Translations under genes and position numbers: made by a program | In this document: one piece after another, positions 25,386 to 36,550 of the stretch | Layout of the letters: the number at the start of each line of letters is the position of its first letter | How positions within the stretch are numbered: the first letter of the stretch is position 1 | NCBI RefSeq assembly: GCF_006345805.1 | Contig: NC_043002.1 | Span: 82,336,001-82,400,000 of the forward strand | Length of the DNA stretch: 64,000 nt | Direction of reading: 5' to 3' | From: Octopus sinensis | Taxonomy: Eukaryota | The notes under the pieces: generated by a model | What the model was told of the DNA's origin: nothing | Seen by the model: the letters and a program-made list of their open reading frames with translations, nothing else | The model's database searches: none

Positions 25386-26295
25386 GGTACCTAGGAGGAC
25401 TGAGCGGCGGATGCATTCCTTGAGTGTGTCGCGATTCCAACAAGGTACTGCACTTCTCCGAATACCCATTGCTGAGGTAGCAACCTTCCTCGATTATGCT
25501 TTCTCTTAGAGAAGACTGTTTCATCTATCTCGACAATCTTCCCAGGACCACCTATTACAACTGGGTTCATGAGCAAGTCATGTGCGCATATTTCTTGCAC
25601 ATAACTGTTATAATCCACAGCTGCATTGTGGCTCATCCCCAGTTCTTCTACACAATAACGCACTGTAGTCAGTTCCTTGATCCAAGAGTACAAAAAATGA
25701 CTATAGTCCGCAGAAGAAGTGTGGTACCTTCTAGCCATGTCCCCTTTTGGACAGACACTCTCTGACTGCAACTTTTGCGACTACACCGCCAGTAAATATT
25801 CTTATCCCCCAATTTCTTTTTCATCAAGTGCCCATTTCTACAATTTTTAGTACAGGGTATAATACCTTTGCCAAGTACGTCTCCGCATCCTCCTCCGTTT
25901 TTATTACTTCAAACAACTTGCCTAGACTACTCATTTTCCAAATGAGTAATTTAAAATTCAAACAATATCTACACACAAAATAAACAAAATAAACTGAAAC
26001 GCTAAAACTAAATGAAAATACACACGTGTATCTCAAACGAAATATACACCGCTGGAACTTCTTGTTGACAAACAACAGCAGTAATTGTATTCACCTCAAT
26101 AGACGTCATTGATTGGTTGAAATTACTGAAATACGATAACTTTAACAACAAATAACTTCCAAATTCCAAATTTTTCTCAACAATGCCAAGAGTAAACAAT
26201 GTTTTATGTGACACATTCTACCAATATATGAAGTTTGAAAGTGTTTAGTTACAAAAAATTATTTTTTAAATCTGTAGGTCAAAAGGTAAAGATCG
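25386..26295 (-). mobile_element. Merlin (IS1016/ISXO2-like) transposon, 3'-truncated
   Basis: ATG 25934; WRCSRKSC zinc-ribbon region; IGGPGKIVEIDETVFSKRKHNRGR..QQWVFG; left TIR CGATCTTTACCTTTTGACC resembles the MITE TIR at 19093. Confidence 0.85.
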
Positions 26296-26994
26296 GAGAA
26301 AAACATTTACTAACAGAAAATTGTTAAAATAAATTGTCTCTAAAATACCTTTAAATTATTACTGCTTCCAGTGTTTCTGGTTTTCGATGAGACACATGTT
26401 GCATGTGACCTTTCTTTGCCGGGAAAATTGGAAGAATGACAAATAAGCCCTCTTTCTCTTTATTTCTAATAAAACAGACCCTTATTTTCTTAGAAATTAG
26501 AGTGACCCCTAGCGAGACCACCATCAAATCGAAAATGGGATTGCACATTTCATGGGCAAGGTGAACTGTAACCACACCCACTTCCGTTTTTTTTTTTTTT
26601 ACAGAAACCCACGTTTTCGGCTTCCAGAGATTCCAAATCCCTAAAAGAAAATTGGCATTTCAAAATTTCAAAATAATGAAAGAAATATGTGATTAATATA
26701 CTCACCTTTCTGCAAAGATGTCTTTCAGAGAAATTTCTCGAAAATGAGGTTTACTGTGACAAAAAGTGAAATAAAGTGTTCATTTTTTTTTTACAACTGA
26801 AAGTGCTTTTTTTTCTACAAAATGAAACTTGGAATTTAAAAAAATATGAGTCGTGCATTTATATTGCTTACCTATTTGAACAAGTAAATGTTTAAACTTT
26901 CTATTGGGGTACTTCTTTTTCTCCAATTGTGGAAAAATTACAACTGTAACAAAAGAATGTGAATATTGTAAAATATGTTAAACAAAAAAGAAAA

Positions 26995-27965
26995 TAATGG
27001 AAACCCCAGAGCATATATAGCCTATATATGTATTGCAGGGTCTATATAACAACTCCTGCCTCTATATAGATTTTGGTGAGAATTTTGAACAAATTTTTGA
27101 ATAGATTTTGATGGAAACTTTCAAAAACTTTTCAAAAGATTTTGATCAAAATATTTTGAAAAATTTTAAAGGGTTTTGATGAAAATTTTTCAAAACTATA
27201 TAGAAGCCCCTGGTCCTATATAGCCTATATAGGCACCCTTTGGTCTATATAATCTATATAAGCATCCCTGGGCCTATATAGCATCTCCTGTGCCTATATA
27301 GGATTTTGGTGAAAATTTAAAAAATCTTTTCAGAGGATTTTTATGAAAATTTTGAAAAACTTTATAGGCACCACTAAGCCTATAGACAGCCCTTGGCTTA
27401 TATAGGCACCCCTAGGACTATATAGGAACTCCTGTGCCTATATAGATTTTGGTGAGAATTTGAAGAATTTTGAACAAATTTTTCAAAGGGTTTTGATGAA
27501 AATTTTTCTAAACTATATAGAAACCTTTTGTCCTATATAGCATCTGGGCCTGTATAGCATCTCCAGCACCTATATAGAATTTTGATGGAAATTTTGAAAA
27601 CCTTTTCAAAGAATTTTGATGAAAATTTTAAAAAGCATTTCAAAATCCTTTGAAATGTTTTTCAAAATTTTAATCAAATACCTTTGAAAATTTTTTCAAA
27701 ATGTGCATCAGAATCTATATTGGCGCAGGTATTGCAATATAGGCCCAAGTGTGCCTATATAGGCTATATAGTTTTTCAAAATCTTTTGAAAAGTTTTTCA
27801 AAATATTCACCAAAATCCTACATAGGCACAGGAGTAGCTATATAGGCCCAAAGGGGCCCATATAGGCTATAGAGGTGCAGGGGTGCCTGTGTAGGCTATA
27901 TAGGTCCAGGGATGCCTATATAGTCTATAAGTTCTTTGAAAAGTTTTTCAAAATTTTCATGAAAA
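26995..27965. repeat. Modular foldback: alternating CTATATAG blocks and TTTTGAAAA blocks
   Basis: About four modules in one orientation and about two inverted; pivot hairpin CATTTCAAA-atcc-TTTGAAATG at 27636-27657. Confidence 0.8.
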
Positions 27966-27973
27966 TTCCACCA

Positions 27974-28110
27974 GAGGGGCAGTTCAAATCCATAACACTA
28001 CATTAATGGCGAATCCCCCAACATGTCATGTAACGTAATGGGTTGAATCTGCCCTTCTGCCGAATTCCTGACATGTCATGTAATATTATGGATTGACCCT
28101 GCCCCTCTTA
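27974..28110. mobile_element. 137-bp element with GAGGGGCAG inverted ends
   Basis: GAGGGGCAGTTCAAATCCATAA matches the reverse complement of TTATGGATTGACCCTGCCCCTC; no TSD. Confidence 0.45.
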
Positions 28111-28510
28111 GGAAGTCTTCGACCGAATTTTCCAGGAAGTTTGAAAATCTTCGGAACTTGCCAGGAAGATTTCGACCAAACTTCCCGGAAGTTACAAAAT
28201 CCTTCGAACGTCCCAATCAGTTTTCAACCAAACTTGCCGGATGTTAGAAAATCCTCGGAGTTCACGACCAAATTTCCCGGAACTTACAATGCAGTTTTCG
28301 ACCAAACTTCCCTGAAGTTAGAAAATCCTCGGAACTTCCCATGCAGTTTTCGAACAAATCTCCCTGAAGTTAGAAAATCTTCGGAACTTTCCAGGAAGTT
28401 TTCGACAAAATTTCCCGGAAGTTAGAAAATCTTCGGAACTTCCCAGGAAGTTTTCGATCAAATTTCCAGTAAGTTAGAAGATCCTCGGAACTTCCCATGA
28501 AGATTTGATA
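28110..28510. repeat. 52-bp minisatellite, about 7.5 units
   Basis: AAGTTAGAAAATC-like anchors at 28137, 28189, 28241, 28315, 28367, 28419, 28471. Confidence 0.9.
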
Positions 28511-28709
28511 CAATCACCTGAAGAAATACATCTTGCACCTTTGATGAATGATTGTAATTTACACAACATATTAAAAATATCTTACCAATATATTACAAGT
28601 GTAAAACAATTGTAGTGGTTTTAAATAAAATAAATGTTGTTCAATCCATTACTTATCTATTTACATGTGTGTATGTATGTATATGTATATATATATATAT
28701 ATATGTGAA

Positions 28710-29010
28710 GGCGCATGGCTCAGTGGTTAGAGCGTCGGGCTTACGATCGTGAGGTTGTGAGCTCGAATCCTGGACCGGGCTGCGTGTTGTGTTCTTGAGC
28801 AAGGCACTTTATTTCACGTTGCTCCAGTTCACTCAGCTGTAGAAATGAGTTGCGACGTCACAGGTGCCAAGCTGTATCAACCTTTGTCTTTCCTTTGGAT
28901 AACACTGCTGGTCTTCCATAAAACAACCTTGCCCAGACTTGTGTCTAGGAGGGTAACTTTCTAGGTGCAATCCCATGGTCATTCATGACCGAAGGGGGTC
29001 TTTACCCTTT
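28710..29010 (+). mobile_element. tRNA-derived SINE
   Basis: A box TGGCTCAGTGG, B box GCTCGAATCC, no acceptor stem, followed by a SINE body. Confidence 0.8.
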
Positions 29011-29069
29011 ATATATATATATATATAATGATAAATATCAGAGTGAGTTATCAACAGTAGCAGAAACAC

Positions 29070-29552
29070 ATCGTGATGTAAATATGCCATTTGAATATGG
29101 CTAACCCCTAAGGGTGGATGCTACTGTAGTTTTTAGCCCCAGGAAGACATCTCCTCCAGCTGGCTATAGACACACTTTCTGTGCCCTATCAGTATTTGCA
29201 AAGGGAAGCCATCCTTCTCGTCTTCAACTTCTGATACACACGGACCCGAGTTTCAAGGTATTGACCTATCATCAGCGTGTGACAATCACAGTTGTCGATA
29301 GGAAGGAGAGAGCCTCCTTCCTATCGACAACTGTGATTGTCACACGCTGATGATAGGTCAATACCTTGAAACTCGGGTCCGTGTGTATCAGAAGTTGAAG
29401 ACGAGAAGGATGGCTTCCCATTGCAAATACTGATAGGGCACAGAAAGTGTGTCTGTAGCCAGCTGGAGGAGATGTCTTCCTGGGGCTAAAAACTACAGTA
29501 GCATCCACCCTTAGGGGTTAGCCATATTCAAGTGGCATATTTACATCACGAT
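29070..29552. repeat. Near-perfect palindrome (PLE inverted pseudo-LTR type)
   Basis: 239-bp arms (29070-29308 and 29314-29552), 5-nt loop, 5 mismatches, no indels. Confidence 0.95.
29341..29385 (+). ncRNA. Minimal type-I hammerhead ribozyme (identical mirror copy on - strand at 29237-29281)
   Basis: CACACG-CTGATGA-T-AGGT(caat)ACCT-T-GAAA-CTCGG-GTC-CGTGTG; 6-bp stem I; ACTCGGGT is self-complementary with G-U pairs. Confidence 0.85.
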
Positions 29553-29555
29553 ATA

Positions 29556-30217
29556 TCTATATATATAAAACTGTAGTTGTGTGAGTGTCTGTCCCCTTCG
29601 ATTTAGATTCCTAACTACTCCCACATTTTGTGGTGCAGTTTAACCAAATTCGGGTATCTTATAGTCGTGATTCATATCGAGCCTGTCTGGGTATTAGCGC
29701 GCGTCTACGATGAGTCTACGATTTAAAAAATAATTTAACATCATTTTTTTATTCCATTTTAACGCATATTTTTTCGTGTGTCGATGGCGGCGGAGTTGGC
29801 GTCCACGCTCGCAGTTGCACCTGTGTTGCTTCTCCCCCTTCTTCCCTCCCTCGTGAAGCTGTGGGGAAGGGAGTGTAAGGAAATCAACGTCGTAAAGCGT
29901 TGTCAAGGAGACCAGCATTCTTTTAGAACAACGACTTCATGGCTTGAAGGCACCAAAACAGAAATGGCTAAGAAAGCGTCTACATGAGTCTACGATTTAA
30001 AAAAAAATTTACCATCATTTTTTCCATTTTAATGCATTTTTTCGCTATTATATAAGGGAAGTAACTCTCTAAAAATGTCTCCGATGAGTCAAAGATTTAA
30101 AAAAAAATTACCATAATTTTTTATTCCATTTTTAATGCATTTTCTTGCTATAACTCTAAAAATGCTTATATAGTTATTTCCCTTACAAATCCGAGCAACG
30201 CCGGGCGATACTGCTAG
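29556..30217 (+). mobile_element. Non-autonomous Helitron, copy 1 of head-to-tail pair
   Basis: A|TCTATATATATAAAA start; CCGAGCAACGCCGG hairpin, then CTAG. Confidence 0.85.
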
Positions 30218-31134
30218 TCTATATATATAAAACTGTAGTTGTGTGAGTGTCTGTCTCCTACGATTTAGATTCCTAACTACTCCCACATTTTGCGGTGCAG
30301 TTTAACCAAAACCGGGTATCTTATAGTCGTGATTCATATCGAGCCCGTCTGGGTATTAGTGCGCGTCTACGATGAGTCTACGATTTTAAAAATAATTTAC
30401 CGTAATTTTTTTCCATTTTAACGCATATTTTTTCGTGTGTCGATGGCGGCGGAGTTGGCGTCCATACTCACACCGGCACCTGTGTTGCTTCTCCCCCTTC
30501 TTCCCTCCCTCGTGAAGCTGTGGGGAAGGGAGTGTAAGGAAATCAACGTCGTAAAGCGTTGTCAAGGAGACCAGCGTTCTTTTAGAACAACGACTTCATG
30601 GCTTGAAGACACCAAAACAGAAATGACGAAGAATGAGTCTACGATTTAAAAATAATTTACCGTAATTTTTTTCCATTTTAACGCATATTTTTTCGTGTGT
30701 CGATGGCGGCGGAGTTGGCGTCCATACTCACACCGGCACCTGTGTTGCTTCTCCCCCTTCTTCCCTCCCTCGTGAAGCTGTGGGGAAGGGAGTGTAAGGA
30801 AATCAACGTCGTAAAGCGTTGTCAAGGAGACCAGCGTTCTTTTAGAACAACGACTTCATGGCTTGAAGACACCAAAACAGAAATGACGAAGAATGAGTCT
30901 ACGATTTAAAAAAAAAATTACCATCATTTTTTCCATTTTAATGCATTTTTCGCTATTATATAAGGGAAGTAACTCTCTAAAAATGTCTACGATGAGTCAA
31001 CGATTAAAAAAAAAAATTACCATCATCTTTTATTCCATTTTTAATGCATTTTTTTGCTATTTTTTATAACTCTCTAAAAATGCTTATATAGTTATTTCCC
31101 TTACAAACCCGAGCAACGCCGGGCGATACTGCTA

Positions 31135-31135
<1 letters not shown>
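30218..31135 (+). mobile_element. Non-autonomous Helitron, copy 2, with 260-bp internal tandem duplication
   Basis: TC start directly after CTAG of copy 1; identical ORFs 260 bp apart (30437 and 30697); ends CTAG|T. Confidence 0.85.
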
Positions 31136-31179
<44 letters not shown>

Positions 31180-31199
31180 ATATATATGGAATAACTACT

Positions 31200-31560
31200 A
31201 TGAAGCATTGTATAGAGTATATTGTATATGTAGATAAGCCAGAACACACAGCATTCAACACCTGCCACTCATGCATCTTCTTCTCCAGGTACGTTGATGA
31301 CATCCTTATCATCATATCCTTAAGGGATGAGGCCATTAATATACACCAGATCTTCAATAAACCTAACATAAACATCAAATTCGAGATTAAACATCCAGAC
31401 GAATCGGAAACCCGCTCTCTACTCAGCTTCCAGCTCAAGATCACAGAGGAAGACTATATTTACCAAATTCTACAGAAAAGCCACTAATAGAAAATTTTTC
31501 ATCCACTACCAATTAGCCTTACCCACCAGAGCCAAAGTCGCGTTTGTGAGAAACGTCATG
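31200..31560 (+). pseudogene. PLE reverse-transcriptase fragment
   Basis: FFSRYVDDILII...IKFEIKHP...; thumb region IFIHYQLALPTRAKVAFVRN. Confidence 0.7.
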
Positions 31561-32339
31561 AAATCCCCTTTCCAACATTTTGCAGAAGTTACATAAAATT
31601 GCAAAAAGACGAAAGACTAACAAATGATTAAACGGCAGCACAAAATAAAACGAAACAGAAAAACGCAAAATGTAACATTATTGGAATTAGCTAAAGCCAG
31701 GAGGCAACATTCATAAAATATGATAGATTCAGTGTGATGAGAGGTTAAGTGATTTCGTGATGCAGTTTCTTTCATTAAAATCTGCATGTTTGAAATTTAT
31801 TGGAAGAACCTTTTATCAAAGAAATGTTCTTTCGTAGACCTCCCTGAAAGGTCAAGTAAAAAGTGGTATATCAAGGGAAATAAGTCATAAGAACTGTAAT
31901 AATTAATTATCTCCCTTACACTACAAGGCAGTTTATTGCTTGTTTCCATCGAATTTGTTTAGTGGATTCAGTGGGAGAATACTGGTGCACCACATTTATA
32001 AATTATGACGACCATATCAACCTCTGTACTTATTGTGGTCTACTAGCTATTCCACCAGTCTTTATTTGTCGAAATGGTTGCGGAACGCGGCATAAACACG
32101 CTACTGGAATTACCCCACGCGCTCGCACACATCCCGTAACATGCCACAAGAGCAATGATTCCATGAAAAACTTGATGTAACGTGAAAAACCTGTAACACG
32201 AAATTAATATCCCCATTGATTTTTATATATGTTCTGACTGGTGACAAGAAAAAAAACAACAACAAAAAACACCTACACATTTACTTTTATGCATTAAAAT
32301 AATAATTTCTAAATATACACAAAACAATGACACTCCTTT

Positions 32340-32642
32340 TGTTATGACGACAAAGTTTCCAGTCGATCCAATCAACGGAACAGCCAGCTCATGGAATTAA
32401 CGTGCAAATAGCTGAGCATTCCACAGACATGCGTACCCTTAACGTAGTTCTCAAGGAGATTCAGCGTGACACAGAATGTGACAAGGCTGGCCCTTTGAAA
32501 TAAAGGTAATAATAATTTTTGTCAGCCGAGTGGATGGAGCAACTTGAAATAAAATGTTTTGCTCAAGGACGCACAGTGCTCTGCCGGGAATCGAACTCAC
32601 GATCATGACCCGAATACTCCAACCTGTAAGCTACGCGCCTTC
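32340..32642 (-). mobile_element. tRNA-derived SINE
   Basis: Head GGCGCGTAGCTTA...GAGTTCGATTCCCGG followed by a SINE body. Confidence 0.75.
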
Positions 32643-34257
32643 ATACACTGTACAATATGTATATATAAAAACATTTGGAGTGAAATAAGTTAGGATCGTA
32701 ATAAAGATGTCGACAATTCTCTTATAAGTGGAGATAGAATAAGAGTTACTGTGAGGATGACGGTTACAATTTTCTATCTTGTAGTTCATTATCATCATCT
32801 CCTTAAAGGGGCAAAGAACTTATCCAAAATGGTTTGATGTTTATGGTGCATCATTTCTGTATTGTTCAGTGCAGGAACTGTCGTCATTGTAAACTCCTCT
32901 TGAAATTTTTGTTACGTTCACCATTAGGGTTGTAATTAACAAAAACTTATAGACCTTCCTCTATGAGGAACGTCAGTAAGTTTTTTGTTGCCAACCCTTT
33001 TACTAATATTCTTTGCAGCCAACATAAATGTATTCATAAGAATTTCAGTATTCTTATCTCAACTTGTTCTTGTTCTAATATCATTAGCTTTTCGTCTTAA
33101 ACATATAACCATGCATGCACTTATAAAAGAACACATGTACAATTAACTTAGTTTAATTTTTTTGACTTGCCGAAAACACACTGCACCTCTATGCACTTTT
33201 TGTTTGCATTAAATATACCGCTCCTATATACCCTCTGTCGTCAGAGTGAGCATAATTACTTTCCCTGTTGGTAGCAATATTCTGTTTTCTCCTAGAAAGT
33301 AAAACTTTCGTCTTTGTTTATTGACCTTTAAGGATCTCAATTCTAGGTTCAAGTATGATAACTAGATTGTGAGCTTACAGGAGTTCCTACACACGGTCAG
33401 TCTTAAATGGCACTCATGAGAGATGACTCAACTAGTGCATCACTTTGAGTCCTTACTTAGCTCTTCCTTGGGTTTCTGGATCAAGGACAGTAATGTGAAT
33501 ATCTGCTGGAGCAATGCATTAAAAAAAAGGAAAAATAAGCTCTGCGCACTCTTCCTATCTCAGAGCCTGAAAATAGTTTTGTTTTACTTTGCCAAATTTC
33601 TCATGGAGACTCTGACGTTCAATTTCTCCGTTACAGTCAGTCAATTTATGAAAAGAGGAGAAATTTGAGATCCATGTTCCTGATGAACACCTACATGAAT
33701 ATCTTACTGAGATCGTTGAAAGCTCTCGTTTAGCTAAGAACACTTCTCTATGGGTTTTGCACGACTCTCACAAACCTTCCCTTTACTTCCATCTTTTTTA
33801 GTGATCACTAGACTAAAGAACGTATAACATTTTTTAGGCCTTCTATAAACCAATGAATACTAAATATAATGGTTTACTTTTGGCTACGAACTTTTCTTGT
33901 GATTGTCCGATTAGAAAGAGGATTTAGGTCATTCTTAGTTCTCGCCTAAACTCAAACTGTCTCATATCTAAGTTAATTATCTCACTGATTAGCTTTGCTA
34001 TAACTCTTTCAGTAGCATTCCTAATTTGGCCCACCGTTTTTATACGTTTACATTTTCTTCTTTCTAAAGCATTTCTATTGCTTTTCCAGCAGTTCATGAT
34101 ATTGCTGCTATACCAATCACGGGGGAGATAACACCACCCAGTGCTACTTGATTGATTATGTAAGTAAGCAGCGCATTTCTGGCCATCGATAGAATAAATT
34201 TAAGAGCGAAGGAATGGAGTCGATTTAGCTACAAAATATTTTAGATGTGAATGGAAT

Positions 34258-34786
34258 TGTAACGGGAATTAGTTGCTTCTTGCACTTTTAGGGTGCAACT
34301 CGGGTGCATTCACAATTTCCGTTGCTTAAATTTCCAGATTCTACCAGTCAAAGAACACAAACGCAACAGTAAAAATGTATACTCTTTATTTTTCTTATAA
34401 CAGTAAGAAATAAGGTGGTATATTTGGTTCCACTTGGTATGGATGTGGCAAGGCTGAAACTTTAACGCTTGTAAGAATCTTACAAGTTCAGCAGCAACAG
34501 AGCTGGTCAAATATGGCGTCCTTAAAGAGCGGAGAAATTACACGTCTGCTACAATTTGGTGTGGGCAGCCTTCTGCCGACTGCTACGTGTCTCTGGACGC
34601 TTTCTGGTTAAGGTTTTACCTTCCCACGCCTCCTGTCAGCTAAATGCCACATCATCATTCCCTTCTTCCGGTCTTCATGCATACGCGAGAGGGCGCTTCC
34701 CTTCTGCCTCACCAGAAGGCTCCAAACCCCGCACACGCGAACTGAAGTGGCGTTGCGCGCGCGCGCTGTCGGATAGCGTCACTACA
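34258..34786. mobile_element. Probable solo LTR
   Basis: TGTA...TACA termini, 4-bp TSD GAAT (34254-34257 and 34787-34790), AATAAA on the - strand. Confidence 0.55.
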
Positions 34787-35127
34787 GAATTATAATAAAA
34801 CAACATAGTTGTATAGATAGTAAGTCTTGCTCCAATGATAAATATCGAGAGAAAATTTGCAAAACAATTCAGCTACTCGATTCCACCATGCAAACTCACA
34901 TGGGAAAATGGGAGGAAAAAATGAGGAGGAAATGTCTGCTAGTTATACATATATATATAGAGAGAGATGCGCGCACACACACGCACACATATATAATTAG
35001 ATAGTAGATAATAAAACGAATGGTTTATACCTGGTAGCTTACTGGTAAAGCATGGTCACTTTCACAGTGTTCGTTATTTTTTTGGTTAACGAGAGACGGA
35101 AGATGGAAGATACAAGAGTTTTTATTA

Positions 35128-35230
35128 ATCACTACAATTGTTTCGATACAGCTAGCATCGAACCCTCACGGGTAGGATACTTAACTGGTTCAGGATCATC
35201 CGACGGTGGAGATGTGTCTCTTCGGGTGAT
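35128..35230 (-). ncRNA. Type-I hammerhead ribozyme, U4C core, long loop II
   Basis: Minus strand: ATCAC-CCGAAGA-GACACA(62 nt)TGTATC-GAAA-CAATT-GTA-GTGAT; palindrome ACAATTGT. Confidence 0.75.
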
Positions 35231-35414
35231 AAACGGATACAACTCATTAAAATAACAGTTCCGCAATGTACCTGCTTAGTTCTTGTGAAGAAAAGCAGCA
35301 AATTAAAGGATATAGCTTCATTTATATAGAAGATCAATAATAAAATAACAGATGCAAAAAGGGAAACTAGCACACAATACAGCAAAAAAAAGAATAAAAA
35401 TAAATAAATAAATA

Positions 35415-35474
<60 letters not shown>

Positions 35475-36024
35475 GACAAGAACGCAAAACATCCAGACAA
35501 TTAGGTGATACAAGAAATGGACAACAAAACATCCAGATAGACGATAGAAAGAAAACAAGGACGGGTCATTCTGAGTTTTCTTTCTTCAGTCGAGTTCCAG
35601 ATTATCTTTGCAATTTTGGCTGGTTAAACTCAAGATTGCTCCAATCTGGCCAACCCCAAGGAAAATCTAAGCTAAGAGCATTAGATTTCTTGAAAGAAAG
35701 CAACGAATGTATATGAAAATAAAGATGAAAAAAAAAACCCGGAGAAGTGTACACAAATACAAATAACAGGACATAACAACAGCTGTCTTTTGACTAAGGG
35801 CGACTTAAATTAAGCTGGCGTGTGTGGAAGTAAAGCCTATGTAGTCATTGGTTATGACTGGTTAGAAATTTACTGTTAGTTCCGCGTCTATTATACTCTT
35901 ACAAAAGGAAGTAAAAAAACAGGCTCTGTCAGCCAGGTCTGTGAAAATTTAAAACAAAAGCAGAAACCATATTTCTAACAAGCATTTTGTTTTAAACTAA
36001 TAAGCCAGCCAGCCAGCCATCCAT

Positions 36025-36550
36025 CTGTTTAAATACTCAACAAATGCAGCAGTTATTCTATGCAGGAGTCCCTAATTTGCATACAGAAAATGTTTAACAC
36101 TTTATAAACTGTATATATACGAACAAATGCAGCAGTTATTCTATGAAGGAGTCCCTAATTTTCATACCGAAAATTTTTAATACTCTATAAACAGTATATA
36201 TACTCAACTTATGCAGCAGTTGTTCTATGAAGGAATCCCTAATTTTCATACCGAAAATTTTTAACCCCTCTATAAACTGTTTAAATACTCAACAAATGCA
36301 GAAGTTATTCTATGAAGGAGTCCCTAATTTGCATACCGAAAATTTTTAACCGCTCTATAAACTGTTTAAATACTCAACAAATACAGCAGTTATTCTATGA
36401 AGTAGTCCCTAATTTGCATACCAAAAATGTTTAATACTTTATAAACTGTTTAAATACACAATAAATGCAGCAGTTATTCTATGCAGGAGTCCCTAATTTG
36501 CATACCGAAAATGTTTAGCACTCTATAAACTGTATATATACCCAACAAAT
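36025..36550. repeat. 83-85-bp tandem repeat, about 6 units
   Basis: TGCAGCAGTTATTCTATG..GGAGTCCCTAATT anchors at 36045, 36128, 36212, 36297, 36382, 36466. Confidence 0.92.

Noticed and set aside
28710-28785. tRNA gene
   Set aside because: A and B boxes are present, but the acceptor and anticodon stems do not pair and a SINE body follows.
29114-30909. Paired or identical short ORFs (MDATVV..., MSMAAEL...)
   Set aside because: By-products of the palindrome and of the Helitron duplication; no coding signature.
36025-36550. 84-bp satellite as a decayed zinc-finger array (28 codons)
   Set aside because: No Cys/His/TGEKP pattern in any frame, and unit length varies 83-85.
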